A stretch of DNA of 64,000 nt. Source: Podarcis erhardii. Taxonomy: Eukaryota. The stretch lies in assembly GCA_964252035.1 (NCBI GenBank), contig OZ176210.1, one strand, 5' to 3'. Under the pieces are notes generated by a model. That model ran no database searches, was not told the DNA's origin, and was given only the letters and a program-made list of their open reading frames with translations. Below, one piece after another: positions 1 to 12,972 of the stretch (its first letter is position 1; every line of letters starts with the position of its first letter). A program made the position numbers and the translations under genes.

Positions 1-57
1 GCACCACAACCCCAGAGTCATCTGCGACTGGACCTAATGGTCAGGGGTCCCTTTACC
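1..57 (+). mobile_element. Sauria SINE 3' end fragment
   Basis: ccccagagtc...ggacctaatggtcaggggtccctttacc matches the 3' end of the full copy at 12621-12972. Confidence 0.85.
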
Positions 58-367
58 CCCTAAGAGTGCATATGCGTGGACCAGTGTGTTCGCTTCTATT
101 AAACTGCCCAGCATCAGGATTCCAGCTTTTCCCACAGTTCATGACCTCTGCGGCCTTCTGTTGTGACCACAACCAATGACTTGTGGCCAAATGAGTCTGT
201 GTTTTTAAGTGCCACTAGCTTGTATCTCACAAAAGGGAGTGAATCAAAATAAAGAGGGATTTTTTTGCCTCTCTGGGTTCACGCCGCCTTTGTAGGCGAC
301 ACCAGATCTGAAGTTCTGCCTGCTTAAATTTCCCAAAACACGTCACTCCTTGACATGGCACCATTAC

Positions 368-571
368 CTTCAACAGTGATGTAGGATGTGGAGGTTTTGG
401 TTCCAGCTTTGGAGGTCACACGGCAGCAGTATTCCGAATCTTGCACTACAGCATCTTTAACCCAGCTTAGAAGGTGCAGTCTTCCATCAGCCAGAGCCTG
501 AGTCTGCTGGCTCACACACGCTTCCATTTTCTGCCCATTTTTTTCCCAAGCAAAGTATGCATCTCTGGGTC
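368..571 (-). CDS. SEMA4D: SEMA4D alternative C-terminal exon B (second half of Ig domain); isoform continues outside the window
   Basis: TTTTCCACAG|GA CCC...GAA G|GTAATG; 204 nt, phase 1-1; PRDAYFAWEKNGQKMEACVSQQTQALADGRLHLLSWVKDAVVQDSEYCCRVTSKAGTKTSTSYITVE; Ig Trp and YxC motif. Confidence 0.88.
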
Positions 572-736
572 CTGTGGAAAATGGTAGTTGGCTAATTATT
601 ATGACAGATGGTATGCCAAGTCCCTTTAAAGCGGGCATTGGGAACTGCAGGTGACGAGGCCTCACCTGGACTCCTCATTTGGCCCATGAGGCCATTTTCT
701 CCCACCAATCATTCACCTGATGTCACATGATATACA

Positions 737-1395
737 ACTACTACTAATTACATTTATATACCTCCCTATACCCAGGGGTCTCAGGGTGGTTCACAGAATA
801 AAAATCAATATATAAAACAGCAAAATATGTAATAAAAATAGAAACAACAACCCAATAGCCCCCCCCCAAAAAAAAACATTTTAAAAGGGCATAGGATGTC
901 AACCAAAGGCCTGGTTAAAAAGGAAGATTTCCTGGGAAGAGTGTTACACAGATGGGGAGCCACTGCAGAGTAGGCCCTTTTTCGTGTTGCCACCCTCCGG
1001 ACCTCTCATGGAGGAGGCAAACAAAGGAGGGCCTCAGAAGATGATCTCAGGGTCTGGGTAGGTTCATATGGAAAGAGGTAGTTCTTGAGGTATTGTGGTC
1101 CTGAGCCATTTAAGGCTTCATAGGTCAAAACTTTGAATCGGGCCCGGAAACTAATTGGTAGCCAGTGCAGTCAGACCAGGATCGGTGTAATATGCTCAAA
1201 CCGTCTTGCTCCGGTGAGCAACCTGGCAACTGAATTCCGCACTAACTGAAGTTTCTTAACTGTCTTCAGAGGCAGCCCTTTGCAGTAATCTGACCATGAG
1301 GTCACCAGAGCATAGTCAACAGTAGTTAGGCTATCCCTGTCCAGATAGGGGTGTAGCTGGGCCACCAGCCGAAGCTGATGGAAAGCACTCCGGGC
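737..1395 (-). mobile_element. L2 LINE 3' fragment
   Basis: Minus translation includes GLPLKTVKKLQLVRNSVARLLTGARRFEHITPIL, typical of the L2 ORF2 C-terminus; simple-repeat tail at left. Confidence 0.8.
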
Positions 1396-1752
1396 TAATA
1401 ATAATAATAATATAACAACAACTACTTTGTTATTTGTGCCCCACCCATCTGACTGGGTTGCTCCAGCCACTCTGGGCGGCTTGCAGCACATACAAAAACA
1501 TAATAAAACATTGAACATTAAAAACTTCCCAATACAGGGCTGCCTCCAGATGTTTTCTAAAAGTTGTATAGTTCTTTATCTATACATCTGATGGCAGGGC
1601 ATTCCACAGGGCGGGTGCCACCACTAAGAAGGCCCTCTGCCTGGTTCCCTGTAACCTCACTTCTCGCAGTGAGGGAACTGCCAGAAGGTCCTTAGAGTTG
1701 GACCTTGGGGTCCGGGCTAAACAATGGGGGTGGAGACGCTCCTTCAGGTATA
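1396..1752 (-). mobile_element. L2 LINE 3' fragment (second subfamily, recurs in the window)
   Basis: (AAT)n tail; LKERLHPHCLARTPRSNSKDLLAVPSLREVRLQGTRQRAFLVVAPALWNALP; same sequence at ~23 kb, 43.5 kb and 48.2 kb. Confidence 0.85.
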
Positions 1753-4700
1753 TATAGGCGCAAAGGAACAATGCTGACCCTTGGAGCACACTCCTTTGCA
1801 AGCGTAGCTTGTGTTCACTGTCTTTTTCAAATGTGGAAACAGCTGTGGAATTTTTCCAACTCTCCCTAGGAAATGGAAATGGAAGTGTTTTGCACTTTAG
1901 CAAAAACACCCTTTTTTGAACCTGGAAACTGATCTCTTTCTTCCTTTATAATGAGATGCAACACTTCTCCCTTCAAAGCACTGGTCTCTTTTCATGCACT
2001 TCTCTTTCATGTGACGCCTTTGTTCCAGCTTGTAAATTTTGCTGTGGCTAGCTATCCTTTTATTTGAGCCTTTTAATTGAGACCGTGGCAAGGCCCAATC
2101 CACAGGATGAGAACTGAGAGCATGGCAGGGCCAGCTCACAGCTGTACCAGGTTATATTGGGTCGACAATATTTTAGGGGTGTCAATGAAGCACACTGCAC
2201 AGATACATAGCAGAATGCCCTGACAACTTGGGAGTCATATGACTGTGTGTGATTCAAGTGTTGTCCGCCAGCACAATCTATGGCATTTGCAAGAGATCAT
2301 GGAGAGAACTTCTCAAATCACACGACATGGAGCAGCAAAGTATACGGAAGTGCTTTGAACACATAGGCCAAAGTACTCTGCAAACTCCTGCCTAATTTCC
2401 CGTTTATAGCAGTAGGTGGAACAAGAGGCTATTGGGGAGATGTGTGTTCATACAAGCAAAGGGTTAATACAATCTGCAGATTGGGGTGGGGGAAAGGGGG
2501 AAGAATATGAAGGAGCTGCTGGACCAAATCCACCCCTCTGCAATTCTAAAGACACTATTATCTCAATATTATTTCCAAAACGTCAGTCCTCTTGGAAGCC
2601 AGTCAAAACATATAATTCACACAACCCATTTCCCAAGCAGGCTACCCAAAAGAAACAATCTGTTCCGATACAGCCTGCAGATAACTTCAGCAACCTACAA
2701 TCTTTTTGGTGGCTTCCCAATCGTGGACAGGCAATCTGGGGGGGGGGGTGTGAAAGAATAAGTGCTAGCTGCGCTGCTTTGCTCCTTTTCCCGTGATCGT
2801 CTCAGGAAGCAAGACTTGTCTCTCTCCTCTGCTTCCTCGAGCACAAACTATAGATGTGTATTCATTTATTTTATGCAAAATGAAAATCTCGGTAGCAAGT
2901 CCTTTGCTGAATCCTCTTGGTTGCAGTTTGTGGAAGGAGATGCATCTTTCTTGGGGCTGTGCATGTACAAAGAATCCAATTCACAGCATCCCATAAAAAC
3001 CTACCCTTTCTGTTTGTAGGAATGGAATGCTACAAAACATCATTATCTTCCTGACACCTTCATCTGTTTTCTTTCTTTCTGATGGCCAAGGGAGCGCTTC
3101 AGTAAACCGATATCATTTGCTACCTCTCCCTGCAGTGGTCTCCCCATTCATTCCAGGGGAAGAGGGAGTTCAGCATGGCTCCTTCACAGGCATGAATGGG
3201 GCGGCAGAGATCCACAAGCATTGCTGAGTGCAAGCAACATCTCTCAACCTTTCTGAAGAAATCAAAGATCTCTGAAATATGCATAGTTTTTCCCATATCA
3301 GTGGGCTAAAAAGCAACTTCAAGTGCATTGCCGTTTTATGAAAGTGTTGTTCTACTTTAAAACATAAGAGCGCGCTTGTGGATGTACGAAAGGTGCAACT
3401 AATTCAGCATCTTGTTCCACAAAGAGGCCAGTGATAATAATAAATGCCAACCACGTGGCTCTAAGAAACTGACATGGAAGGCAGGAAGGAAATAGCCCTC
3501 TCTTGCTGCTCCTCTCCAGCCCATTTCAGTTCCTTGTATGCTTGCTCTATACTTGCTCTATAGCGTATCACAAAATGCTATTTGTATTTATTTTTTAAGT
3601 GGGTGCAATATGAAATGTGATGGGGGGATAGCAGCATCCAGAGCCGCTTCTGTGCTTTTAACAGGTGCTTACTCTGACGTAAAGATACACAATATATATA
3701 TATATATAGCTGTGGGCAGTTTCAGTGTAACAACACTGCTTCTGAAGCAAAGAATTAAGAGCATCCCAGGCCGAATGCTTGAAGCAGGGTTTTGAGCTCT
3801 GAGGCCAACTCTAAGGCAAGTTTCTGCTCTATAACCAACCCTTAGCATTTGTTTTTATCCTCTCTTCCATTTTATTTCTTAACTCCTTTTAGTGCTTCGT
3901 TTTGTTGTTTTAATTTATTGTTTTATCTCATTGTTTTATTGTTCTAACTGCCCTAAACTGTGAGGCTCCATGAAGCTGGGCTGAGCACTTTGCTAGGCAG
4001 TGCCAAACGCAAGGTCAAGCCAAAGTTTACAAGATACTAGTTATAAATTAAGGAAGAGAAACATCTTGATTGACGAGCGAGCCCAGGTGGCAGCTGCAGA
4101 GAGTCTCCAAAACCTTCCCTTCTGCTGGATGGCCCTGATGCCGGACTCGTAAATTCAAGGCCGCCACATTAGGAGATAATTGATTTCTGCAAACGGCCAA
4201 GGAATAATCATAATTATTATGGTACTTATTAGAAAGAACTGCAAAGATCTGGGAATCATGTCAGATTTGTTAATTAGCTCCTCAGAACACCGAAGGAGAC
4301 AGAGCAAAATCACACATTATTTTCTCCAAAAGGAGAAGGGTAAGAGGGAACTGAATGAGTTAATTCTAGATGAGGCCATTCCTCCGCCTTCCACTGTTCT
4401 GGATTGGTCAACTCATCTTAAAGGTCTCTGACAAGATTCCGAAAATATTAACTACCCAACAAGCCTGGCTCAAGAACTGGCCTTAGCTGAGAGATCTTCT
4501 AAGGCAAATATAACTGATATAACGACCCAGAGGCCACCTTCTGAGCTAACAACATCCCATACAATGCTATTAGGAGTCATTTCAACCACAGTTATGACTT
4601 CAGTAATTGTAATCCACAATTAAACCAGCAGCCCCAGTTTGGATCACAAGGGTCTCTACAGTCCGTCAAGGAAACAATCAAAACATTTTGAATACTTACG

Positions 4701-5094
4701 TTCCACTGTATCTCCTCCTCCTGTATGCTTGAAGGATCAAAGAAGTCAAAAGTTATAGGGTGTGTCAATTAAAAGGCACACAAAATAATTAGTACATTGG
4801 GATCGATAAAGGTATTCAGAAGAACATATACTGTCAGCATTTTATTTTTTGAAAGTACAGGAATGCATAAAAGGGAAGGAAGAAATAACCTATCTGGAAC
4901 TCGGAGCCTTTGTGTGTGTTTTCCAGTTTTGCAGGACACGTACCTTCTCTGTGAAAAAAGGCCGGCCTATAGCTATTTACACATGGAATCAGTATCTGAC
5001 CCAGGAGACAGCTGCCTCAGTGTAAAATTCTATGCAGCTCTGGTGAAAAACAAAAAAGTCAAGTGAGTTTGGCCACTTGGTGAGCCACTACTAA

Positions 5095-5259
5095 GAGCCT
5101 TCTATCAGAGTTCTGAGTCCATCTTCCACAATATTGTCTACACTGAGTGATGGTGGCTCTCTGGGACTTCAGACACGTTGCCTCTCTCTGCCAAGGACTG
5201 AACTTGGGAGCTTTTGCATGCAAAGAAGATGCTCTACTGCAGAACGTCAACCCTTCCCC
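5095..5259 (-). mobile_element. tRNA-derived SINE (Squam2-like), decayed
   Basis: Minus: gtagagcatcttctttgcatgcaaaagctcccaagttcagtcc...cagtgtagacaatat; tRNA-like head plus a body I recognise from squamate SINEs. Confidence 0.55.
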
Positions 5260-5655
5260 AGGCATAGCTCCCCTAAGGAACCCCCACACAGATGCAATTT
5301 GGATTTGCAAATCTATGCACAAGAATAATACAAGATTAAATCCCACTGGTCACAATGGGACATACCGCTGAGTAGATTTGTATAGGATTATGTTACATTT
5401 CTTCCATTCGCTCAAGGCTCTTAATGCAATTATATTTTGCAAGTACCCAGCTCCCTACTTATCAGATTTATCATCCCGTTTGCTTTTATTCACACAGTGC
5501 CATCAACGTAATTGGCATTTCACAAAGCCTCCTAAGTGGGGGAAAGGGGTAGATGACATGATTCACCCCCTGCTTCCCTTGGTTGAACACTACCTGAGGG
5601 TCTGTGCTGTTAAGGCACATTGGGGAAAGTTTCCTTCTCCCTAGGGGTAAACCTA

Positions 5656-6616
5656 GGGATGCAGGTGGCGCTGTGGTCTAAACCACTGAGCCTCTTGGGC
5701 TTGCCAATCAGAAGGCTGGCGGTTGGAATCTGCACAACAAGGTGAGCTATTGCTCTGTCCCAGCTTCTGCCAACTTAGCAGTTCTAAAGCACACCAGTGC
5801 AAGTAGATAAATAGGTACCTCTGCAGTGGGAAGGGGAAACTGTGTTTCTGTGCGCTCTGGTTTCCGTCACGGTGTCCCATTGTGCCAGAAGCTACTGTTA
5901 GATCCATCATGAGACCTCCGCCAGCTTCTAATCAGATACCAGCAGCCTTCAAGCAAGCAAACTTGCCTTATTATCGCTCCCTAGCATCCCACTGCCAGAG
6001 GATTGCCTCCTTCCATTCACCAGTTTGCCTCCTCCAAGTATAAGAAACGGGCAGTGCTGAATGTCACATCCATTGCCAGGTGTGTCCCGCTGGAAACAGA
6101 AAAGGGCTTTCCCCTTGGCCTGCCTTTATATCCACTCAGTTGCCAAGTGCTTTTGTGACATCACAAGAAACCCACAGCCAATGGCAAAAGCTGGGGAGGC
6201 ATCATCTTCATTGCTTTGAGCCTCACAATGGCGGGTGGACCTATCAGTCACTGTGTGCTTGTTTATTCAGGAAGCGGGTGGAGCTCTGGTCTAAACCACT
6301 GAGCCTCTTGGGCTTCCCAATCAGAAGGTTGGCGGTTCGAATCAGTGTGACGGGGTGAGCTCGCTTTGCTCTGTCCCAGCTCCTGCCAACCTAGCAGTTT
6401 GAACGTACGCCAGTGCAAGTGGATAAAGAGGTACCACTATGGCAGGAAGGCAAATGGTGTTCCAATGCACTCTGGTTTCTGTCACAGTGTCCCAATGTGC
6501 CAAAAACAGTTTAGTCCTGCTGGCCACGTGACCTGGAAGGCTGTCCACAGACAAATGCTGGCTCCCTCGGCCTGAAAGCGAGATGAGCGCCGCAACCCCA
6601 TAGTCGCCTTGGACTT
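5656..6616 (+). mobile_element. Composite element copy A: Sauria SINE 5' part + ~375-bp cargo + second Sauria SINE (tail lost)
   Basis: SINE heads at 5656 and ~6270 (A box tggcgctgtgg, B box ggttcgaatc); cargo ~5893-6269 matches the reverse complement of 33508-33883. Confidence 0.88.
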
Positions 6617-7178
6617 GGGAGTGCACCTTGCTGCCATTACAGGACAGACATTCCTTTCTCTGCAACAGTAACAACCCTGGGAAATCAAGACTTCTAAAAC
6701 ACACGTGGAGCCTACAAAAGTGTGTTCACTCTCCAACCACTGGAGGGGTCAGGTAAGAGCACTCCTCTCCTCTCCTCTTGATGCTAATTGTGTGGTGAAA
6801 GCAGCACAAAAAAACAGCCTCTCTGTGGCAGACGCTCTCTGCTGGGCCTGTGTTGTTTGAAAGTATTCGCCAGGTGACTCACCCACCCCTGTATGCCGTT
6901 CCAGGCTCACCTGGTATTGCTATGTTTCATCTTGTAACATGATGCAGGTGAGCACTTTAGGATGTTCCAGGCCAGGTCAGAATACCAGTTCCAGGAAAAG
7001 ACGTTTTTAGTGGCATCTCTGTTGTACCTATTTTCTCCCTCCACCCCACATCACCCCCTTTAAAGGAACATTATTAAAACCAGCCCCATTGTTGCAGGGC
7101 ATGACACTTTCTCTAGCTGAAGCTCTGGCAATATGGCTGAGGGAGGGGAAAGAGACTCAGGCTAAGGAGACTTGTGTA

Positions 7179-7414
7179 CAGTCATTCCAGATCTGTTCTG
7201 GAAGTCCGTTCAACTTCCAAAACGTTCGGAAACCAAAGCACGGCTTCTGATTGGCTGCAGGAAGCTCCAGAAGCCAACTGGAAGCCGCATAAGCCCCAAT
7301 TGGATGTTCGGCTTCCAAAAATAGTTCGCAAACCGGAACAGTCACTTCTGGGTTTGCGGTTTCGGGAGCCAAAACGTTCTGGAACTAAGCTGTTCAGAAA
7401 CCAAGGTACAATTG
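7179..7414. mobile_element. Tc1/mariner (Tigger-like) MITE, left end deleted
   Basis: TA-flanked; right end ccaaggtacaattg; body shared with 28793-29019 and 47358-47593. Confidence 0.75.
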
Positions 7415-8849
7415 TACTTGTGGCTGCTGCCACAAGTCCTTTGTGTGCCACAGCTCACCAACTAGACAAGAGACCTGCTAAGTAGATTCTCTCCCCCACA
7501 CCCATTCACCACCTTCATGCGACTGTGAAACATTCCTTTGGAGGTGCTGAGGAAAGCACATGCTAGCAAGCTAACCTACATGGTAAACCAGTGGACATTA
7601 ATTTCTTGGGAGTCGCCACCAAAGCCCAGTGGCCTCTGCCACTGCACAGCACAAAGCTGTCCTTAGAAGAAGAAACCAATTCACACAACCAAGTTCCCTC
7701 CAGGTGGTGAATTTCCTCCCACCTGCTGCTCCTAGGCCGACTTGGATTTTGGAAGCCTCAGAAATGTGTATCGTCAAGATTCATGGAGAACCTTGAATTC
7801 CATGTGGATCCAAGTCTAGGGAGACTGAAAAAATAAATTAATAAATGACTGTGTGTTGGGGAAACTGTTTAAACCTGTGTATTGTTCCAGGAATCTGCGA
7901 AGACTTGCGGAATACTGAATGCTTGAAGATTATCTACTTCCTGCTACTATTGGGCAATAGTCAATATCAGTTGTACCCACAGCAGACCTGTTGAAAACAA
8001 TGCCCTTAAATCGATTAATTTCAGAGGGTCTACTCTGAGTTTAACTAACAGGGTATTTATTATTATGATTCACATTAAAAGCTTCCTTGGGTTAGTAATA
8101 ACACTGGACTGAGCAGATGTGCAGATGAATGAGCCTTCTGCTGTAAAACTCGTGTTTCCCTAAAGTAACCCCCCTTGCCAAAACAAACCCAGTGTAGGTA
8201 ATATCAAAATCACCTAAGAAAAGCTTTGCAAGTCAGAATAAACTGAGAGGCGGCCAACGCCATCCTTCAAATTAATTTACTGCCTGTCCTATTTCTGGAG
8301 CTAATCTTAGATGAGGTCTCCCTGAAGGTCGCTGAAAATGAGATTATCAAGGATGGAAATCAAGTAGAGAGATGTGAGTAGCTACGAAGTACGACTGCCA
8401 GGTAAGCTGCCAGGAAGAATAAAGAGCTTAGAGAATTGCTGTTGGGCTGCGGAAATCTTCAATTGGGTACCAATTCAGTGACATTGGCTGTGATCACCAT
8501 TCTGGTGGCACACAAAGGAGCACAGGGGCCAGACCAATGGTCCACAGAGCTCAGCGTTGTCTAAAATGACCGTCAGCGGCCATCCAAGGTTTCTCCTGGT
8601 CCTACCTGGAGATTGAATGTGGGGTCTTCTGTAAGTGCCATCCCCCAGAGCTATAGCCCCTCCACACGTCAAAACAGAAGACATTTGGACCAACCTAATA
8701 AAAATGCGTCAGGTTCCACTGGTGCTTATCACAGTCCGTCAGGGGAAATAACTGAACCAAGACTACCTTATCACCAATTCCTAATAAAGTTGTAGACAGC
8801 AAGAGATTCTAATCACTACTATCTGTCCGTCTGTCATATACATCATATA

Positions 8850-9102
8850 CAGTGGTACCTCGCAAGACGAATGCCTCGCAAGACGAAAAACGCGCAAGAC
8901 GAAAGAGTTTTCCGTTTTTTGAGTCGTTCCGCAAGACGAATTTCCCTATGGGCTTGCTTCGCAAGACGAAACGTCTTGCGAGTTTGTTTCCTTTTTCTTA
9001 AAGCCGCTAATAGCCGCTAATAGCCGTGCTTCGCAAGACAAAAAAACCGCAAGACGAAGAGCCTCGCGGAACGGATTAATTTCGTCTTGCGAGGCACCAC
9101 TG
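8850..9102. mobile_element. Tc1/mariner MITE
   Basis: TA|CAGTGGTACCTCGCAAGACGAA...TTCGTCTTGCGAGGCACCACTG|TA. Confidence 0.92.
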
Positions 9103-9943
9103 TATTTTGTTTTCTGTCACAAAGGAAATCTGCTAGACGGAGGCTCCTGAAGGATGAAAAGTGTGTATGTGACCACAGTACAATTTAATCTCGGAAACGA
9201 ATGCAACATCTGGCACAATTCCCCCATGTTGAGCTTTGCTGCGAGCTCAACGCGTAAGGATTTGCAACGCTGTAACTTTGAAGATCCTTTCATGCAAAAC
9301 AAGCATTTGCTATGGCTTCTTGTCGCCTGGGTAGGAGGGAGATCTGGCAAGCCATGGCAGATCCCTTAAGTGGTGGGCAGGAAGTGTTTTCCCTGTGATC
9401 CTGCAAAGGCGCGCCCATATCCAGCTGATGTTTGGGATAATTCATGCAACTGGCTACAAGCTGTTGCTCAGAAACCCAGGGAAAGAACTGGAAGGAAGAA
9501 ATCAGGACCCAAGTTTTTTGAAGAGAGACTGCAATAAAGAGGGAAACGTTTTAAACTCTCGTTCAGCAAACCCTGTGACTCCGTGGGGAAGAGATGCACA
9601 AGCAAACATCATAATGAACTGGCACAGGAGGCTCTGTGCCTGGCCGTGGCTTGAGATAACTGAGGGACATTGAGGGGCTTCTGCTGTGTCAGCTCCTGCC
9701 AAATCCAGCATGGGGGGGAGATAGCCTGGGGTCAAGGTTGAATTTCTAATGAGAGATTCTTGGCTGTCCACCTCCAGATGTGTGATGACAGTCTCGGATT
9801 GCCAAGTGGGGAGGAAAACACTGTGCACAGCAGATGCTTGCTGGCCCTCTCGTTTATTGCACAGGAAATAATGAATGAGCCCAGGCATTAAAAATAGGCC
9901 CTGGCCTTGGTCTGTGAGGAATCAGGCACCGGATGAGATTGTA

Positions 9944-10194
9944 CAGTGGTGCCTCGCAAGACGAAATTAATCCGTTCCGTTAGGCTCTTTGTATAGCGGT
10001 TTTTTCGTCTTGCGAAGCAAGCCCATTGACAGCTTAGTGGATTAGCGCTATTAGCGGTTTAGCGGCTTATCAGCTTAGCGGATCAGCTGATAAGTGGCTT
10101 AACGGCTTAGGAAAAGGGGGGGAAAGGGGAGAAAACCCCTTTCGTCTAGCGGGTTTTCCGTCTTGCGAGGCGTTCGTCTTGCGGGGCACCACTG
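9944..10194. mobile_element. Tc1/mariner MITE (same family as 8850, opposite orientation)
   Basis: TA|CAGTGGTGCCTCGCAAGACG...CGTCTTGCGGGGCACCACTG|TA. Confidence 0.92.
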
Positions 10195-10232
10195 TATCTC
10201 TTTGAGATAGAACATGGCCAGTATTTCCAGTA

Positions 10233-10479
10233 CAGTGATACCTCGGGTTATATATGCTTCAGGTTACATAAACTTCAGGTTACAGACTATGCTAACCCAG
10301 AAATAGTACCTCGGGTTGAGAACTTTGCTTCAGGATGAGAACAGCAATCGTGCTCCGGCGGCGCGACAGCAGCGGGAGGCCCCATTAGCTAAAGTGGTGC
10401 TTCAGGTTAAGAGCAGTTTCAGGTTAAGAACGGAATTAAGCTCCAGAACGAATTAAGTTCTTAATCTGAGGTACCACTG
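10233..10479. mobile_element. Tc1/mariner MITE
   Basis: TA|CAGTGATACCTCGGGTT...TGAGGTACCACTG|TA; family shared with 14268-14509. Confidence 0.9.
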
Positions 10480-12620
10480 TACTAACTGCTGTTGCAGTTC
10501 TTCTGCTGCTCCCCACCCTCCTGATAAACAGCAAAAAGGTCCTCTCTCAGAATGAGGAATTGTGGGTATCGTATCTCAGAGACTGCCTTGTGAATGCCAT
10601 CGTGAGCTGCCACGGCGGGGAAACGCTCTCTTCCAGATCCTGCGCTCGGAATTCCTCACTCTGTGGAAGGGCCACCTCGGTCCCTCCTCATTGAGGAGGT
10701 GGGGTGTGTGTGTGGCAGAGACCCTTGCCTTGCTGTATAGCTGAAGGTGCCAGAAAAAAGGTGGAACTGGAGGCTAACAATGAGGCGAGCAAAGGGGTCA
10801 AACTTGCTGCCCACGGCCAAAGACAACGGTATCGTTCTGTGGACCCAGGCTTCCTTGTGCCCTTGGCAAAGAGCTGTATTGGCACCTCCAAAGCCGGGAG
10901 AGACCATGTACCAGAGACCATGTTTCCTTTTGTGCTCCACCAGTGACTTCCTCTGCAGCCACTGGGGTTGGGTCTTCTCTGCCCCTCCTCCCCATCCCCT
11001 TCGTCAGTCCTTCTGTCTGTCTGCTAAACTCCCTCCCTCTGCTGGCTGCTTTCCCTTCTGCCTCCATCCTCCCTCCCTTTTTCCTCTTTCTGCTACTCTT
11101 GCCCTCTCTTCCCTCCACCCACACTTCTAATAGTACCACTGGCCCCCTGGGGAGGGGGCCCCACAGGGCTGCTGCGATGGCCGACACCAGCGACTGGATT
11201 CTTTCACCAAGGCACCCAGAGGAGACTATGTGCCTTGCGCAGCCTCCCAGAGCAGCAGAGTGGCCTGGGGAGCTTGTGGAGGGGCTCCTGGCCACTCTAA
11301 GATTTTTTCACCCTTGGCAGGGGCCAACTTACCCGGCCCCTAGGTATGCCCTTGAATCTGCATTCTGATTGGGCCAGTCCTGGTCACCTTGTTCCAAATG
11401 GTTATTTATATTCCATGTCAGAAGGTTCCTTCTCTCCAGGAAGTCTCATATTTAGAGAAAGAAAAAGAACCAGATAACATGGAATTGGAGGTATGTAAGG
11501 CCCACACCAGACCTCCAGAGCCTTGATTTTTACAAGAAATGCCACAAGTCCACTATTTTGTCCATCTCACATTCCTAAGAGTAAGAGTTGCAAAATCAGA
11601 TTCTTACACCAGTTCAATGAATCCAGAATTCACAATCCTAGACAGGGACTGAAATGACGACTCCACACAAAGAAGCAAGAGAAAAAATGATCAGAGAAGT
11701 GGATTTAGGGGCTAAATTCTCTTTTGAGGCATCTGCCTTAACGAGCTGAAACTGATAATTAAAACAGTACAGAAGAGCTTTCTCGAAAACCAGGCAAAGT
11801 CAAGAAGTGACTAGTGTGAAGTCTAGGTCACTTGTACCTGCTGAAAAGTAGTTTTGTTTTAAGGTGCATTTCACAGGATGAGAAAAGCTTATGGCTACAT
11901 TTCTGCAAGCAAGAAGACGGCCACATCAGCAAGTATCAGAATATGCAGAAGTTCCATTTTAATCTCTGCCTCTTGCTATCCTTTTCGGAATTTTGGCTGA
12001 GAATCCTAGCTGATACTGTGTTTTCTGAGGAACACCCTATCTTAAAAGAAACAAAATGAAAAAGTAACCTGATTTTGCACAGTGAGCTACTTTGTTCAAT
12101 TGCTTGTTATTTTGGAAAGTAAAGCAGGAATCAGATCTCTCTTGACGATAAGCTGCTTTGTGAATGTTATAAACCACAAGCAAGCCGGGAAGAGTTGCCA
12201 CAGCCTCGTTCAGGAATGTGAAACTCCACAGATATATCAGGATAAGAAAACACAAGACTTGAGAAGCAAAGAACTCTGCTGGATCAGATGAAACGTCCAC
12301 CCACAGCCAGCTGCTGCTTCTGGAAGTGTGGAGAGATGGAGGCTACAAGCTTCCTCCATTTCTTCCCTAGCAACTGATATTTAAGGGCGTGCTGTACCCT
12401 TAGAGGACGCCACTGCTTATTTCCTTCCACTGTGAAGACTCTTTAACTCTTCCCTTGTGTTTCCAGTTCTTTTGATCAATTACTGACTTACAACAGGCCA
12501 ACATCTTGTCCAAGGTCTGCCAGGCTTACTGAGGAGCCTCTAGTGAGGGACTTTATCAAAAGCTCATTTGAAGTCTGTGGATATGGCATCTACTGAATTA
12601 CCTGCATCTACACATGCTTG

Positions 12621-12972
12621 GAGGGACGCAGGTGGCGCTGTGGGTTAAACTACAGAGCCTAGAACTTGCCAATCAGAAGGTTGGCGGTTCGAATCCCCGC
12701 GATGGGGTGAGCTCCCGTTGTTCGGTCCCTGCTCCTGCCAACCTAGCAGTTCGAAAGAGCATCAACGTGCAAGTACATAAATAGGTACCACTCCAGCGGG
12801 AAGGTAAACGGCGTTTCCGTGCACTGCTCTGGTTCGCCAGAAGCGACTTAGTCATGCTGGCCACATGACCCGGAAGCTGTACACTGGCTCCCTGGGCCAA
12901 TAAAGCGAGATGAGCGCCACAACCCCAGAGTAGGCCACGACCGGACCTAATGGTCAGGGGTCCCTTTACCTT
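12621..12972 (+). mobile_element. Full-length Sauria SINE inserted in a decayed CR1-like fragment
   Basis: tRNA-like head, (ACCTTT)-type tail, 12-bp TSD TACACATGCTTG at 12609-12620 and 12973-12984. Confidence 0.93.

Noticed and set aside
58-367. Search for the terminal exon of the alternative SEMA4D isoform
   Set aside because: No acceptor with matching peptide found; it probably lies left of the window. The 324-367 read-through is intron sequence after a GT donor.
4180-8760. Short similarities between ~4355-4680 and ~8295-8750 (ELILDE-like words)
   Set aside because: Only two short word matches and no sustained alignment; may be old repeat debris.
10562-11490. Overlapping ORFs and + strand exon-like segments (11134-11343; 11440-11490, EVSYLEKEKEPDNMELE)
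   Set aside because: Splice signals look plausible but the phases do not join (joining hits TAG) and I recognise no protein. RNA-seq would be needed to revive it.
12623-12705. tRNA-like A/B boxes here and at other SINE heads
   Set aside because: No full cloverleaf; they continue into SINE bodies, so they are not tRNA genes.
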